This document shows positions 13,101-25,177 of a stretch of DNA of 64,000 nucleotides, in pieces. The notes beneath the pieces are model-generated. The model did no database searches. It saw only the letters and a program-made list of their open reading frames with translations, and was not told the origin of the DNA. Both the position numbers and the translations under genes were made by a program. Location: contig CM102287.1 in the NCBI GenBank assembly GCA_046563655.1, positions 3,162,001 to 3,226,000 of the forward strand, read 5' to 3'. The stretch comes from Yuukianura sp. NJ FZ-2021. Its lineage: Eukaryota. The stretch's first letter is position 1, and every line of letters starts with the position of its first letter.

Positions 13101-13824
13101 CGTCCAGAAGATGTTGGTCCAGAATCAATTTTAGGATGGACCTGTACATGCAAAACTGGATCGAGAACACTTTTGGTTGTTGTAGCCATGTCGCTACTGT
13201 AATTTGGTACATGGGGTTCATCCGTCACATTCCTGAAGCTGCAACAAAACCTAGACCGCTGGCATTTTCTGTTCTGGGTGTCGCTTCAAAATCTGAACAT
13301 CCCGAAGACACAGAAGATGACAGCGAAGAGGAATAGGCAATCACCTCAACTTCATCTTAATCAATTAACGAAATGCCACTCTCTCATACAAAAAAGTAAT
13401 GCTTCATGTAATAGACACATGTCAACTGCTGGGGAAATAAAAAAAATCGTTTTTACCCCATATCCAAGTGAATTTTCATTTAAGCATTTTAACGCTAAAA
13501 TTATTGCCTTGGCGACAGGGTGTTACGTTATGTGTGAAACGTCACTAAATGTTGGGCCCACGTTCTAACACTACGGGAAATGCGTTTGGGCCCAGATTCC
13601 TATTCATTTCCAAACTCCTCCTTTATGAAAATTATGACAATTATGACAAAATTTAAGAAATTATGACAATTATAAAATTTATGAAGATTATGACAATTAT
13701 AAGATTTCTCACAATTTTGTGTGTAAATTTATGCAATTTGGTAAAAGTTTTTACCTGTACTGAACTGATATCCAAAAAGCGAAACCAGAATTAAAAATTT
13801 TCGAAAAACTTTGAAACCTGACAT
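10146..13824 (-). CDS. S1 (trypsin/chymotrypsin-family) secreted serine protease
   Basis: Exons 13824-13755 (signal peptide), 11467-11116 (IVNG, PWQVSL, TAAHC), 10900-10548 (DIAV, GTCHGDSGSG) and 10249-10146 (VSWG...PSVFT). Catalytic triad intact; Gly rather than Asp at the S1 position suggests non-trypsin specificity. Confidence 0.9.
11880..13000. repeat. 44-bp minisatellite with an internal orientation switch
   Basis: Unit atttcatcaaggaaaaattttagatattgatgggactaagctag. About 11 degenerate forward copies (11880-12360), then about 14 perfect reverse-complement copies (about 12370-13000). Confidence 0.95.
13002..13336 (+). pseudogene. Transposon-type SWIM zinc-finger C-terminal fragment (frameshifted)
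   Basis: ...LAKLRSRF...ILGWTCTCKTGSRTL / frameshift at cttttggt (about 13170) / GCCSHVATVIWYMGFIRH, followed by an acidic tail and TAG. Confidence 0.65.
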
Positions 13825-14317
13825 TGTTAGTTCAATTGCTAAATATTTACTGCAAACGTTACAATTTCGAGCAATTCGAAAGTAAATCAGATAAAATTGA
13901 CCTTGTCAAGATTTCGAATTGAATAAATAGCAAATCAATTTTCCTCTTTGGAACGAGATTAATCCTGTTATCAAATCTCCACTTAACGTCAACTCTAATT
14001 TCAATTCAACAGTTATCGCTGATCGCTGCAAAAAAAATATCACTGAAAAAACCCAAAATAGCTGGAGAACGCCATTTTACCAAGAATTGTTCTACAAACT
14101 CACAAAACATTCCAAAATCAAACTTCAACAGAAATTTTAAAGTTTGACTTTCACAAAAACTTGACAAGTATATGCATTTCCTTTAGGAGTTTATATGAAT
14201 CCAGTAGTAACTTAAGTGTGAAGTACTTGTACTTTGCACCATTTTTGGAGTTGATGATGCTTGAAGTGTGGAAAGTTCCCGATTTTAAGCAACACTTAGA
14301 TTCCATGTCAGACTTTG

Positions 14318-15001
14318 TCAGTAGCTCTCAGTGGGCATGAATGGATGAGTTTTGAGATTGTGGTTGGACCAGTACATGATGTAAATTCCAGCAAAGATGA
14401 CGGCATACACGAGGTCCAGCCCGAGAAAAGTTGTGAACAGAACGGCAACCATTAACTCCTTTGACTTTCCTTTGTCAGGGTCAATACTGTCGAAGAAATG
14501 TTCTCGAACGTCGGAAGTAATGCCGATGACTGGAGACAGGAAAGCCAACAGTATGACGACGACGACCAAGAACTGAGCCCAGCAGTACCACTTGTACTTC
14601 TTACAGAACATCTACAAAACAGAGACTATTACATACATGTATACTAGTACATACATGTGACATGCCATGTGACATGTTAGGTACGCTATCACTGCTTACC
14701 AAGAATGCTGTAAAAAGTTGGACACCGCCACCGACACCTCCTAGAATAGAGCCCACGATGGTAAAAGCTTTACTTCTGCCCAATTCATTTGGAAACAATT
14801 CCTCAAATTCCGTCGTCTCCGTATTGTTTACGTCCATCGGCGGATAGTTGATGACCATAACTCCGCCGCAGAGGGCAATCACCACGAGACCAAACACCTA
14901 AAGGTCAAAGGTCAAATAATTAACATACAAAAAAGAACTATTGTACTAGGTAAACATTGACTTACGGCTCCAAGGATCGCGAACCAATGAAGTACCGCCA
15001 T
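14318..15001 (-). CDS. Small four-transmembrane protein, uncharacterised
   Basis: Exons 15001-14966, 14897-14685 and 14611-14318 join in phase 0; four hydrophobic segments. Confidence 0.75.
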
Positions 15002-15359
15002 TTTTCAACTTCCAAAACACAATCCGTGAATAGTTGGAGGAGCCGAGCGGGATTCATCTTGATCTTGTGAATCGCTGCAGCGACAGAAAACTAACAAAAG
15101 CTGCCTGCTGTGGCTACTGTGGTAGCCATAGTGATTTCCTTGGCTCCGATTGGCTAATCGTGTTCAGGTTTACAAAAATCATAGCCTTGCTTTGTGCTTA
15201 AAATTGTAATGAATACTGACGGTGGAAAAGAATCTTACGTCAACGTTTACTTCAGTCTAAACTTTGATTGATTGATTTAAAATAGACGACATGAAGAGTT
15301 TCTTGGACGTTTTTGGAAGTTGAGCACCAATCGTATAACATCATGAGATTTGTCAGTTG

Positions 15360-16817
15360 TTAATGTTTAGGGTTGTTTTGTTGTCTTCTTAGAATTCGCG
15401 GAGTAAAGTACGAGATGATCACGTCAACGCCGGCTCTCCTGAGTCCAGTCATGGCTTCGTCAATGGCCGTGTCAAGGTCAAATAAACCTGCCTTGGCTCC
15501 AGCAATCAGCAAAGAGTATTCTCCAGAAACCTGACCAAATACATTTTTTCAGTAAAAACTTATCACATAAAAATCAGCAACATCAGCTGTTTGAATTCCG
15601 AAGGTTACCTGGTATGCAAACAGCGGAAACTCTGGATATTTTTGTTTGACGGAATGAATTATGTCCAAGTAGGCCATAGCCGGTTTGACCATGAGCATGT
15701 CAGCACCTTCACTCACATCACGTTCCTGGAGCAAAAATGGACCAACTTTAGTTTAATTTCTACATTTTTTTAAAACGTATTTTGAACGTATAGACTTACA
15801 ACTGCGCGTAATGCAAGACCAGATGACCCCGCCGGGAGTTGGTAAGCCTTTCGATCACCGAATGCTGGAGCAGAAGCAGCAGCAGCTCGAAACGGGCCGT
15901 AGAAACAAGATGAAAACTTGGCAGCATAAGAGAGGACGGAAACACTGCGGAGTAGTCCAGCTCCAGCCAATGCCTTCTTAATCTCCAAGATCCGACCGTC
16001 CATCATGTCCGACGGAGCAATGATTTGACATCCTGCCAAAGCATATTTCACTGACACTTGGGCCAATCGCACAATCGACTTGTCATTGTCAATTGTCCCG
16101 TCTTCTTTCAAAATTCCACAGTGTCCATGGTTAGTATAAGCACAAAGACAAATCTGAAATTATCAAATTCGATGTCGATTAAAACGATTGAGTAAGTTAG
16201 CATAAACACATAGAAGTTAACTCTAGGTATTGTCTGAATCACATATCGGGTCATCTGTTATTGTATTGTGGACTGACGGTCTCCACTTACATCACAAGCA
16301 ACCAGTAGATCCGGAAATGACTTTCGAAGGAGCTTAATAACTGGAATGACCGGTGATCTTGCGTCATCGTCAGCACTGCTCGCGGTTTCATCCTAAAAAA
16401 CGTTTATGTTATGTTGCGGTTAAGATTGAATCCTCCAGTTCTTTAACTCTTTAGTAATTACTCACCTTAACCTCGTCATTTGCAACACCGAACAGAAGTA
16501 CTGACTTAAGCCCAAGGTAAACAAGTGGTTTCAGATGACCTTCAACAGTATTCAGGCCCCACCGTTTCACTTCCGGCATGGACGGTATCTCTTCCTCGGC
16601 ATTTGGATCGGATCTAAAAATCATTCAATTAACAAAATGTAATTAACTAATGAAGCACATCTAGCAACAATTAAGAAATGACAAAATCCAATGTCGCTTA
16701 CGATAAAAATATGGGGTACATGAGGTTTGTAGCTGTCACTTGGGTATTCGGAGATTGCCATTCCCTCAACACTTTATGGAAGTAGCCACTGTGAATTCCA
16801 AAACCGCTGGAAGCCAT
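15360..16817 (-). CDS. ALAD: Delta-aminolevulinic acid dehydratase (porphobilinogen synthase)
   Basis: IHSGYFH...NLMYPIF, zinc-binding [52 protein letters not shown]; multi-exon; stop TAA at 15362-15360. Confidence 0.97.
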
Positions 16818-17725
16818 GATCTTCTTCAATTTGCCAATTCAACAATCAATTAATCAATCGTTAATCGATTAATTAATTCACAAAATCCACAACCAAATGA
16901 TACGAAGTTCCTGCACACATGTGTTTCTCTAGGTAGAAATATATAGAAAAGTTGACTGTCACCAACTCGCGGCTGTTGTTGAGGAGCTCGAGCTCATATT
17001 CGGTATCAAAAAGACGTTCATTTTGTTCAAACATTACAATTTAAAAAAAAACTTGTTAAAAAATTATACTGTTCAAAATCTTATGCTTAGAAGGTACTGG
17101 AAAACCATCGCTTCATCAAAATGAACAAGTCAGCGCAATACTACCAATTCATTATCCAACATTTTTTAAACAAGAAATTTCAGATTTTGCTGGGATTATG
17201 TTCAAACACCGCTCGTGCTTTGAAAATTGAAATACTGTTCAAACTGTTCAAAGTTCGCTTGGCTAGAGTTTTGTTTGAAAAAAAAAAGAGCTATTATGGT
17301 CTCCGTTTTACTAACTTGCATTTCAGATTAGCATCTGACAGTGACATATCGATGTCAACGTTTTTCCAGAGGTTCCTGGAACGGAGTTCTTTGAAAAAGA
17401 ACAATTTACTTGTCAAATTAAAGTTAAATTAACAAATATAGTTTGACGCAGGCAGCCAACCCTCATTTTTCTGGAATACGTTTCCTGGAGTAAACACGAT
17501 ATTTGAAAAAGAAAATGTAGCTTTGAGGATAAGATTTTAACTTTGTTGGGGGTGATGGAGGGTGGATCGATTCCTGCTTTCATCGATTTTTTTAAGCCAA
17601 GAGACCCACTTTCCACGTAATGCTTCAGGTCTTCTGGAATGTGGCTCTAGCCAGCCACGAGCCACCGTTGACCCACATCCTTCTCTCTACGCATCAATAA
17701 CTTGACCTCCATCGTCTGTTCGGTG

Positions 17726-18629
17726 CATAGATGGGCGTCCTCACTCAAAAAATCCTCAAAGAGGACGAAATCCTCAAAGAGGACACGATTTTGGATGAGG
17801 ATTGAGTATAGAGGATTTGAGGACCGATAGCCGGGAAGAGTATAGAGGATTGAAGTTTTGAGGATGGACTTTGAATGAGGATAGAGGTTTTGAGTATTTA
17901 AGGATACAGTATGAAGTGAGGATAGAGGATTAGAGTAGTTGAGGATTCAAATTTCCTTGAGGATTGAGTATTTGAGCACTCCTCAATTTCGCAATTCCTA
18001 GAGAAATTGAGTCAAATCAGACATCCCCAGACATCCCGCTAACAACCGCGGTTGTTTCAAAGTCGAGCATTAGCTTTGATCCGATTTCTTCTCTTCACTA
18101 TTATTCTTTTGTATCATCAGCTGCCACTGCCAATAGTATAGTCCGAAGTGGTGTGTATCTAATTTAAATTAGTTAGTGAATAACATGTCGTCGAACTTAA
18201 AACAGGCAACACTCGAGTTTCGTCCTGTCGTGATTAATGACGAGGAAGTACAAGAAATCGTATCTTCGTCATCTGCAAAAGTTATCAACCGTCTACGTTA
18301 CAAGAAAGTTACTGGTGGTGTTCCTGACGATGTTAGGTTAGGTTAATTAAATTGAATATTAGTCTGAAATAAAATTGACTTGGTGAACCAACTTTACATA
18401 TTAGTTATTTTCACTTAATTGAGGATAGAAGTTTAAGGATTTGAGGACATTATTGGAATTGAGGATAGAGGATTTGAGGTTTTAAGGATTGGGATACCAA
18501 TGAGGATGAGGTTTTGAAGATTTGAGGACTAGAAATCGAGTGAGGATAGAGGAGAAGAGTACTTGAGGATCGGGAATCGATTGAGGATAGAGGATTTGAG
18601 GACGTCCTCTTTGAGGATGCCCATCTATG
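17726..18629. mobile_element. Non-autonomous hAT-type DNA transposon (904 bp)
   Basis: TIR CATAGATGGGC(G/A)TCCTCA at both ends. Perfect 8-bp TSD gttcggtg (17718-17725 and 18630-18637). Many subterminal GAGGAT repeats. Confidence 0.9.
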
Positions 18630-21600
18630 GTTCGGTGTCACTTTATGTCAAACTGTCAAATGCTAACTAACCATAACACATAGCCAAGTACGCATCGTGC
18701 TTTTACAATTTTGCAGGGCGATATTAGAAAGAATCGCTTTTCCTGGAAGCGTCGCTGCTTTTATTTTGAAAAAACGACGCTGCACGACATTTGAATTTAA
18801 ATCAAGCGTCTCCGCTTCCAGTCATTGCAAACTTACGACCAAAACACGCACACTTTCTAATACCACAATACAATAGAGGCCATCCATCACTGGAAACCGT
18901 AGTAGTTACTTCCTCCAGCGGACAAACCTCTGAAACTTACGCCCAAATTGTTAGCAACGCTCAACACAAAAATCCTCCTCATTGTTAGCCTCCCGCGGAC
19001 ATTCGTCCTACAACAAAACGGTCAACAGCAATTTGGTCCATTACATGAACTTCTACTAAAAGAATATCTGAATCTATGAAAAAAAAACGAAAATTCAAAA
19101 TTTTCAAAAATTTCCTTTATTCTAAAGACTTGATCAGTTTTTTGGATTCTTCTCGGGAAACACGACTAGACATTACGAAAAAAAAAGCTTTTAAGAAATA
19201 AAGCCATGTTTGGGTTTCTCCGGTTTCTCTGGAAATTTTCTGGAGTGAAAGCAGAGCTCCACTTTCACTTTCGCTTTCATTCACGCTCCAGCGCTGCTCC
19301 AACTCACACGCAAACTAAGGTTCCAAAATTCAAAATTTCTAAAAATTGTATAACTTTTTTTTACATCAAAACGTAACCCAGCAAAATCTTAACTTCAATA
19401 TAACATCCACTGGACACCGGAAGTCAAAAAGCGATCTGCCTCACTAAACATTGTAACTCTTCAGGTAAAATTTCTAAACATGACTAACTTAACTAAGCTA
19501 ACAAATCATGTTAACTAACATACTTTACCACAAAATTTATCTAACGTTAACTTTTTTCGATTGGATTCCGTAGCGAAGTATTAACTCGCAATTTAATCCT
19601 GACGTAAATTTTATACCAGTTTTTGCTTAACAGCGTGGAAGTTTGACAAGAATTTTCCCTTTTTTTTTGAGAGAAAGAGAAATCTATATTCCCGCAAACC
19701 TTATTTTTTCCTTTCCCCTTGGACTGTTTGTGAAATTCTTTGCGGAGAGAGGGGATGCCAAAAACGTTTTTCCTTGGAAGTAATATTAGATGAATAAAAT
19801 GATAAAAGGAGGAATCGGAAGAGCAGGGACGTGGTTTGTCTTGGGAATAAGTGAAATGTTAGCTTAACCTAACCCTAACCTTCTCCCTTTGTCTCATATC
19901 ATAGTCTCCGATAGGAATTTGTTCCAATTCCAATAAACCTCTTCACTTTTTTTCATCTTGGTTTTTCCATCTAACCATAACCCTAACTCCCTAACTTAAA
20001 CGCTCAAACCATAACCTTAACTTACTAACTTCAATTCTCATCAAAATCATTAACTTTCTTCGAATTTTTATAACAAGCGTGACCTTCGTGAGATCAATTT
20101 AACCTAACATAGAAATTCTAAGAAGAATTTCCACGAAGGAATTTTCCCGAAAAATGAAAAAATGAGGATACGGAAAGAATTTGTGGTCGATTTTTCTTCA
20201 TTTTCGTGGGAATTATGAAATTGGAGGAGAAAGTTAGAAGAAAAGATGAACAAATAAAGGGATGTTGTGTGGCCCCACTATAATTCCCAGAGTCCCACCG
20301 GCGGTGGGCTCAGCTTTCACTTTCACTTAGTTTCAGGCCCCACCAGCAAAAAAGTTGGAGCTTACAACCTAGTGCTTCCTGTATTATCAAAGTTTTCTCC
20401 TTTTGTTTCAAAAATTTATTTTGAAAAAGTACTTTTCTCAAAATCTCCAAAAATTTCCATTTTGTGGATGTCAGCTCATGGATTTTTGCAAGAGAGAGAG
20501 ACAGAGATTTAAATTTTTCGGGAGAAAGTTAAAAGCAGCTTATAAACTTCTTTATTTCGCTTGGATTTGGTTGTCAAAATTTTGAGACAAGGAAATTACT
20601 GCCTAAGCTTTTAGTACTTTTTCAAATGTGGTTAGCATAAGAAATGTTGTTGAAAAAATTCTAATAGTTTTTCATTTTAATCATTCCGAAGAAAGTTAAG
20701 CTCCACTTTCCCCTTGCTCTCAAAAATGATTTTCTCAGAATCTTTTTTTTTTGCCCGAAAAAGAAACGGAAGTAACTTAAAATCCGAAATTTCTTGGGAC
20801 TTATTAGTCCTAAGCACAAAATCTTCAAAATCTATCGAAATCTGGGAAACCTTTTGAATGAAAATCTCTTTTGAAACTTTCTTTTCAAAATCCCAGAGAA
20901 TGTATAAAAGTAAGTGGAGTAACAATTGAGGAGAGAAAGTTCGGTTTCAAAGAAAGTGGAAAGAATAGTAGACTTCCACAAGGACTCCCACTATTCCTAT
21001 TATTCCTAACAAGGAGAAAAGTTTTTTAAAAAATTGGAAAAAAAATTTCAAAAAAGTTTGGATATTCTAAAAAAGATTTAGGATCGGTAGTATTAGAATT
21101 GCTTAGACTCGCACTTTCTCTTAAGTTCAAGAGAGAGGGACGACAGCAAGAAAGAAAGTTTTTGGGCAAAAAAAATCTCGCCAATTGGAATTTTTTTTGC
21201 CAAAAAATGCCAAAATTTTGTGCAAAAAGTGGAGAGTTTCTGGGAAAAGGCGCCAGTCTGACGAAAGTCGAGCTGTCCAGACCAATGTGTAATTTTTATG
21301 TGCAAAAATTTTTTTGCAACAGTTTCAGTTTTCTGTCGCGAAATATGAGAAAAAGTTGAGCATTGGAAACTATACATAGGCTTTGGTCATTTTCCTTGTC
21401 ATGACCAGAAAGTGGGGGTCATGACCTTTTGACCTTTACGAGACAGACAGACAAAAAAGTTTTACTTTTATGTCTAACAACCAAAATTTTGAACCAAAAT
21501 GTTCAAATTTCCAAAAATTTCCTGTCTGATGACTTGTTTGTGACACCACGTGACCGCAGAGGTCACGACCGCAGTGACACTTTTGAGGTCAAACCAAAAT

Positions 21601-21922
21601 TAATCGTCAAGTTTCAAAGTTTGCAAAGTTATTCACTCGTTGGACAACATTACAAATGAGGGCAATTCGATTCTCGACATTGTAGTTCCAAAATTTCGGA
21701 GAAAGTAGAGAAATTTTGAGAAAAGCGTGCAAGTTTTGTGAAAAGCGTGAAACTGTCTTTTCTCTTTTCAAAACCCAACGTTCCTTTGTTTGACAGGGAA
21801 TTTATTTGAGCAAGACGCTGTCAGCGGCGACCGTTTGTCACTCCACAGTGACATTTCCAACACATTCTCAACTTGACGAAAGTGAATTTTCAAACACGGC
21901 CGCGGTGTGTTCTTCTTCCAAC

Positions 21923-24900
21923 ATGGAAATCCCATTGTGTGGAACAAAAGAAAAAAAGAAGCGGTTTTTTCGAAAAACGGGCTCCGGCGGCTCCAGTTCC
22001 TCGTCGTCACGGGGCGGAGGCAGTCAAAATTCGTGGGACAGTTTGCAGCACAGCCCTGTCTCAAGTATGACCAACAGTTTTGAAAATGCCACGACCACCA
22101 CTGGCCCCACCACGGTGGCTCCGACTTCGAATAATCCACTGCCACCGCCAGCACAACCGTTGAATAATTTGAACTACCCGGGATCCGCCACCCCACCGCG
22201 GAAAAATCAACAGCGGACCAAGTTGCAGGGAGTGACGACCGGGAGTCCAGGAAATTCCATTAGTTTGGACGAAGCGGAGCATATTCTGCAGCAACATCGA
22301 CGCTTCATGGGCGCGCCAAGGAGGGCGCGAAGCGCGGAACGGTTTGATGGCATGCGTATCAACAATTCGTCGGGTAAGTTATGCTTTACTTTTATTAACC
22401 TAACATTTATTCTGAATTTTTCAAAATTTCACGACGTATTTTTTTACCGAGGATTTTTTTGTCTCCCACTTTTTTCCGAGGATTTTTTGTGTCGCACTTT
22501 TTGCTCCGGTCAAAACTTTTTTTGAATTTGTCGACCACCCAATGTTTGAAATTGCTTAGTTTTTGAAGTGGTTAAGTTAGTTGGTTAGAAAGTGGTAAAG
22601 CGTTTTTGAAGTGACTGTTTCAACCTCACGGCTTCCTTGTTCAACTAGTTTTCTCCCTTTCTCTTTCTAAAAAGACAAAAGCAAAAGAAGATACTGGAAA
22701 TTTTGAAAGTTGTAAAAGTGCTGGAGCTGCGATGTTAGAAGAAAAGCGAGTCACGTCTTCTCACCCACGCTCTCACTCGATCAATCAAGATTTTGATCCT
22801 GTTAGGTCAGGTTTCTACTATGCTTATGTTCAGTTTTACTAAGGTTAGGCTGTTTCTGGAAAAAGTGAATATTCGTTTCATACAAACTGAATTCATTCAT
22901 TGTATTCACCCAAAGAGAAAGTTTTGGTATCTGATGACGATCGGTGTTTGAGATGCCAACAAACTTTTTCAAGGTTCAACCTTGACCTCCAAAAACTCTT
23001 GCTTTTCCAAAACGAGGTATTAAGATAGGATTTCCAAAAAGTTTTCAAAATTTAGTACCCACTAACCAGAAGTTTCAGAATTGAAAACTCGTTTAGAACT
23101 TTGCAGTTTTTACTACAAAATTGAAAATTTGAATTGCTCAAATTGAATATCGAACAATATTTCCTGCCAAATCAAAGTGAAAAAAATTGTCGTAACTTAC
23201 AGTTGACACACGTGTTACAATCTCCAAAACAGTTATTTAGAAAAAATAGGGTTTCGAAATTTTGGAAACTGTTTACTTTTTCATAATTTTGAACTTTTTT
23301 TGAAACTTTGAACCACGTTCCAAAGTTATTGAAACGAAACCTGACCGATTGTAATAAACCGGCAGTGTAAAACGTTCATGCTTATGACAAATTTTTAAGG
23401 GCTCATCCCTTTTATTTTTTTTTCTAAGAGAACCAGTGGGCCCTTGGGACTCACTTTCACCCTGAACTTTCACTTTCGCTTTCCACTGACCTCTCAACAA
23501 GGGCTTAGACTTAGGAAAAGGAAAAGAAATTGTTAGAATTTACGTGGTCTTTGGCTAAAACAAAAACTTTTCTTCTTCCTTTTCTTAAAAACTTTTACTT
23601 TGCTGAGCTAACAAATTATTGAAAGGTTCTCAATAGAGCATGCGCAGGTTCGAGCTTCTTTTTTATTTAAGTGAAAGTGGAAGTGAAAACTTTTTTCAAG
23701 TCCAAAGCAAACACTTCTTGACTCTCTTCAAAAGAAACACAAGTTTTCGAGAAAAAAAACACGAGAAAAGCTGAAAAAAAAAACAACACAAAAGCAAACG
23801 GAAGGTGTATATTTCCAACTACGCGCTTTTCGCGCGTAGATCTTTTGTTCGATATACATTTTCTTGCGCCGCCAAACTTCGTTTACGTTTTCCCCAATTT
23901 TTTGCCATCCTGTCTAGTGGTTTTTACGTTTTGCCTTTTTGGTGGATTCCTTGTTTTCGCGCCGTTTCGGGAGCGTTTTTCGCGTCTCGGGCGCGTATTT
24001 TTCCTGACCGGTGTGTGCCTTGTAGAAATTGGAAGGGATTGTGTTGACACAGCATTGGCTGGGCAGGGATTTGTGGTGGCTAATAAGAGTGTAATGTTCC
24101 TGGAGAAAGTTAATTAAGGCCAGGGTGAAAGTGGATTTATGTTTCTGTTTCTACTGCACAGGAGAGAAGCAAGTCCACTACCCAACACCTACCAGGGAAC
24201 AACTTCTGGACAAAAGCAGTCCAAGCAACAGCAATAAATTCAATCCAACCAGACCAGCAGCCAGACCCACCAGCGGTGGGGCAAGCCCCGCCGGGACCAC
24301 TGCCCCCACCGGCGATCTCCGAAGAACTACGCAGCTTCCTCTGGGAGGTCCAAGCGTCGTCTCTCCGCCGCCACCGTATCAAGCTGCCGTTAACGAAGTA
24401 AGGTCAAAGGTCAATTAAAAAAAAGTTCATCAAAATCTGTTCCAGACAGGCTTTGAAATTTCAAAATTTCACTTTCAAAACTTTTTGTTTAGAAATCTGG
24501 ACCACCAACTTACCGTCAAGCTCTTGCTTTGGCAGCACAGACGCAATCGGTCAAAGGTCAAATGACAACGGCGCGACCGATGACCTTGAATCGAACGCGT
24601 CACCACCACCGCGGCGGTCAGAGCCAGAGCTTTGATTTTGAATTTGGCTCCAGCGGCACGACAATGCGTTCCGCCGTGTCCGTTCCAGCGTTCTCTAATG
24701 AGGCCATTTGCAACTGCTCCAAATGCCAGGTAACAACCACTATTCTTCCAGAGGCATAACATAAAAGTTAACGACGCTTTCTAAACACGCGCCAAATTTG
24801 ACCTTTGACCTCTCTACTTTCACTTAGAGTGACCTCAAGGTCAGTGAAATTTTATTGCGGAAGCTGATAAGTTAAAGACATGATCTCCCAGTTTCCACCT

Positions 24901-25177
24901 CGTTCTCAGAATCTCAAATCTTTTTTATTTGAAAATAAAAATTGAAGGGAGAGCAGGTTTTTTTAGCTTGACATTTTGATTTTGAAATTTCAGAATTTTC
25001 GATTTTTTGACTTATTTTTTTTCAAAATTTTAGATTCAGAACAAAGCAATGCTGGCTGGTGAGGATGCGTATGGGAATGGAGGAGACTACAACGATTCAG
25101 CAGTGTACATGGAGTCACAAGCATTTCTAATGCATGAGATCATGACCGATGGAATGGCATTCTGCAGTATCATGTAA
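21923..25177 (+). CDS. Uncharacterised low-complexity protein with PPxY motifs and C-terminal CaaX (CSIM)
   Basis: Exons 21923-22373, 24162-24397, 24493-24729 and 25034-25177 splice in frame. Motifs PPPPY, PPTY and CNCSKC; ends MAFCSIM*. The start may lie upstream because the frame is open from the acceptor near 21797. Confidence 0.7.

Larger units (their letters stand above)
11518..13621 (+). mobile_element. Internally deleted DNA-transposon-like insertion in protease intron 1
   Basis: Contains a 44-bp repeat array and a frameshifted SWIM-type zinc-finger remnant. Degenerate inverted ends (ggatggtttt...ggccca / tgggcc...aaactcctcc). Host ttatgacaa-rich intron sequence lies on both sides. 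Boundaries are approximate. Confidence 0.5.

Noticed and set aside
19860..20030. Scattered cctaa/ttagg pentamers (also at 30450, 32620, 36060, 53676)
   Set aside because: Too short and irregular to call interstitial telomeric arrays.
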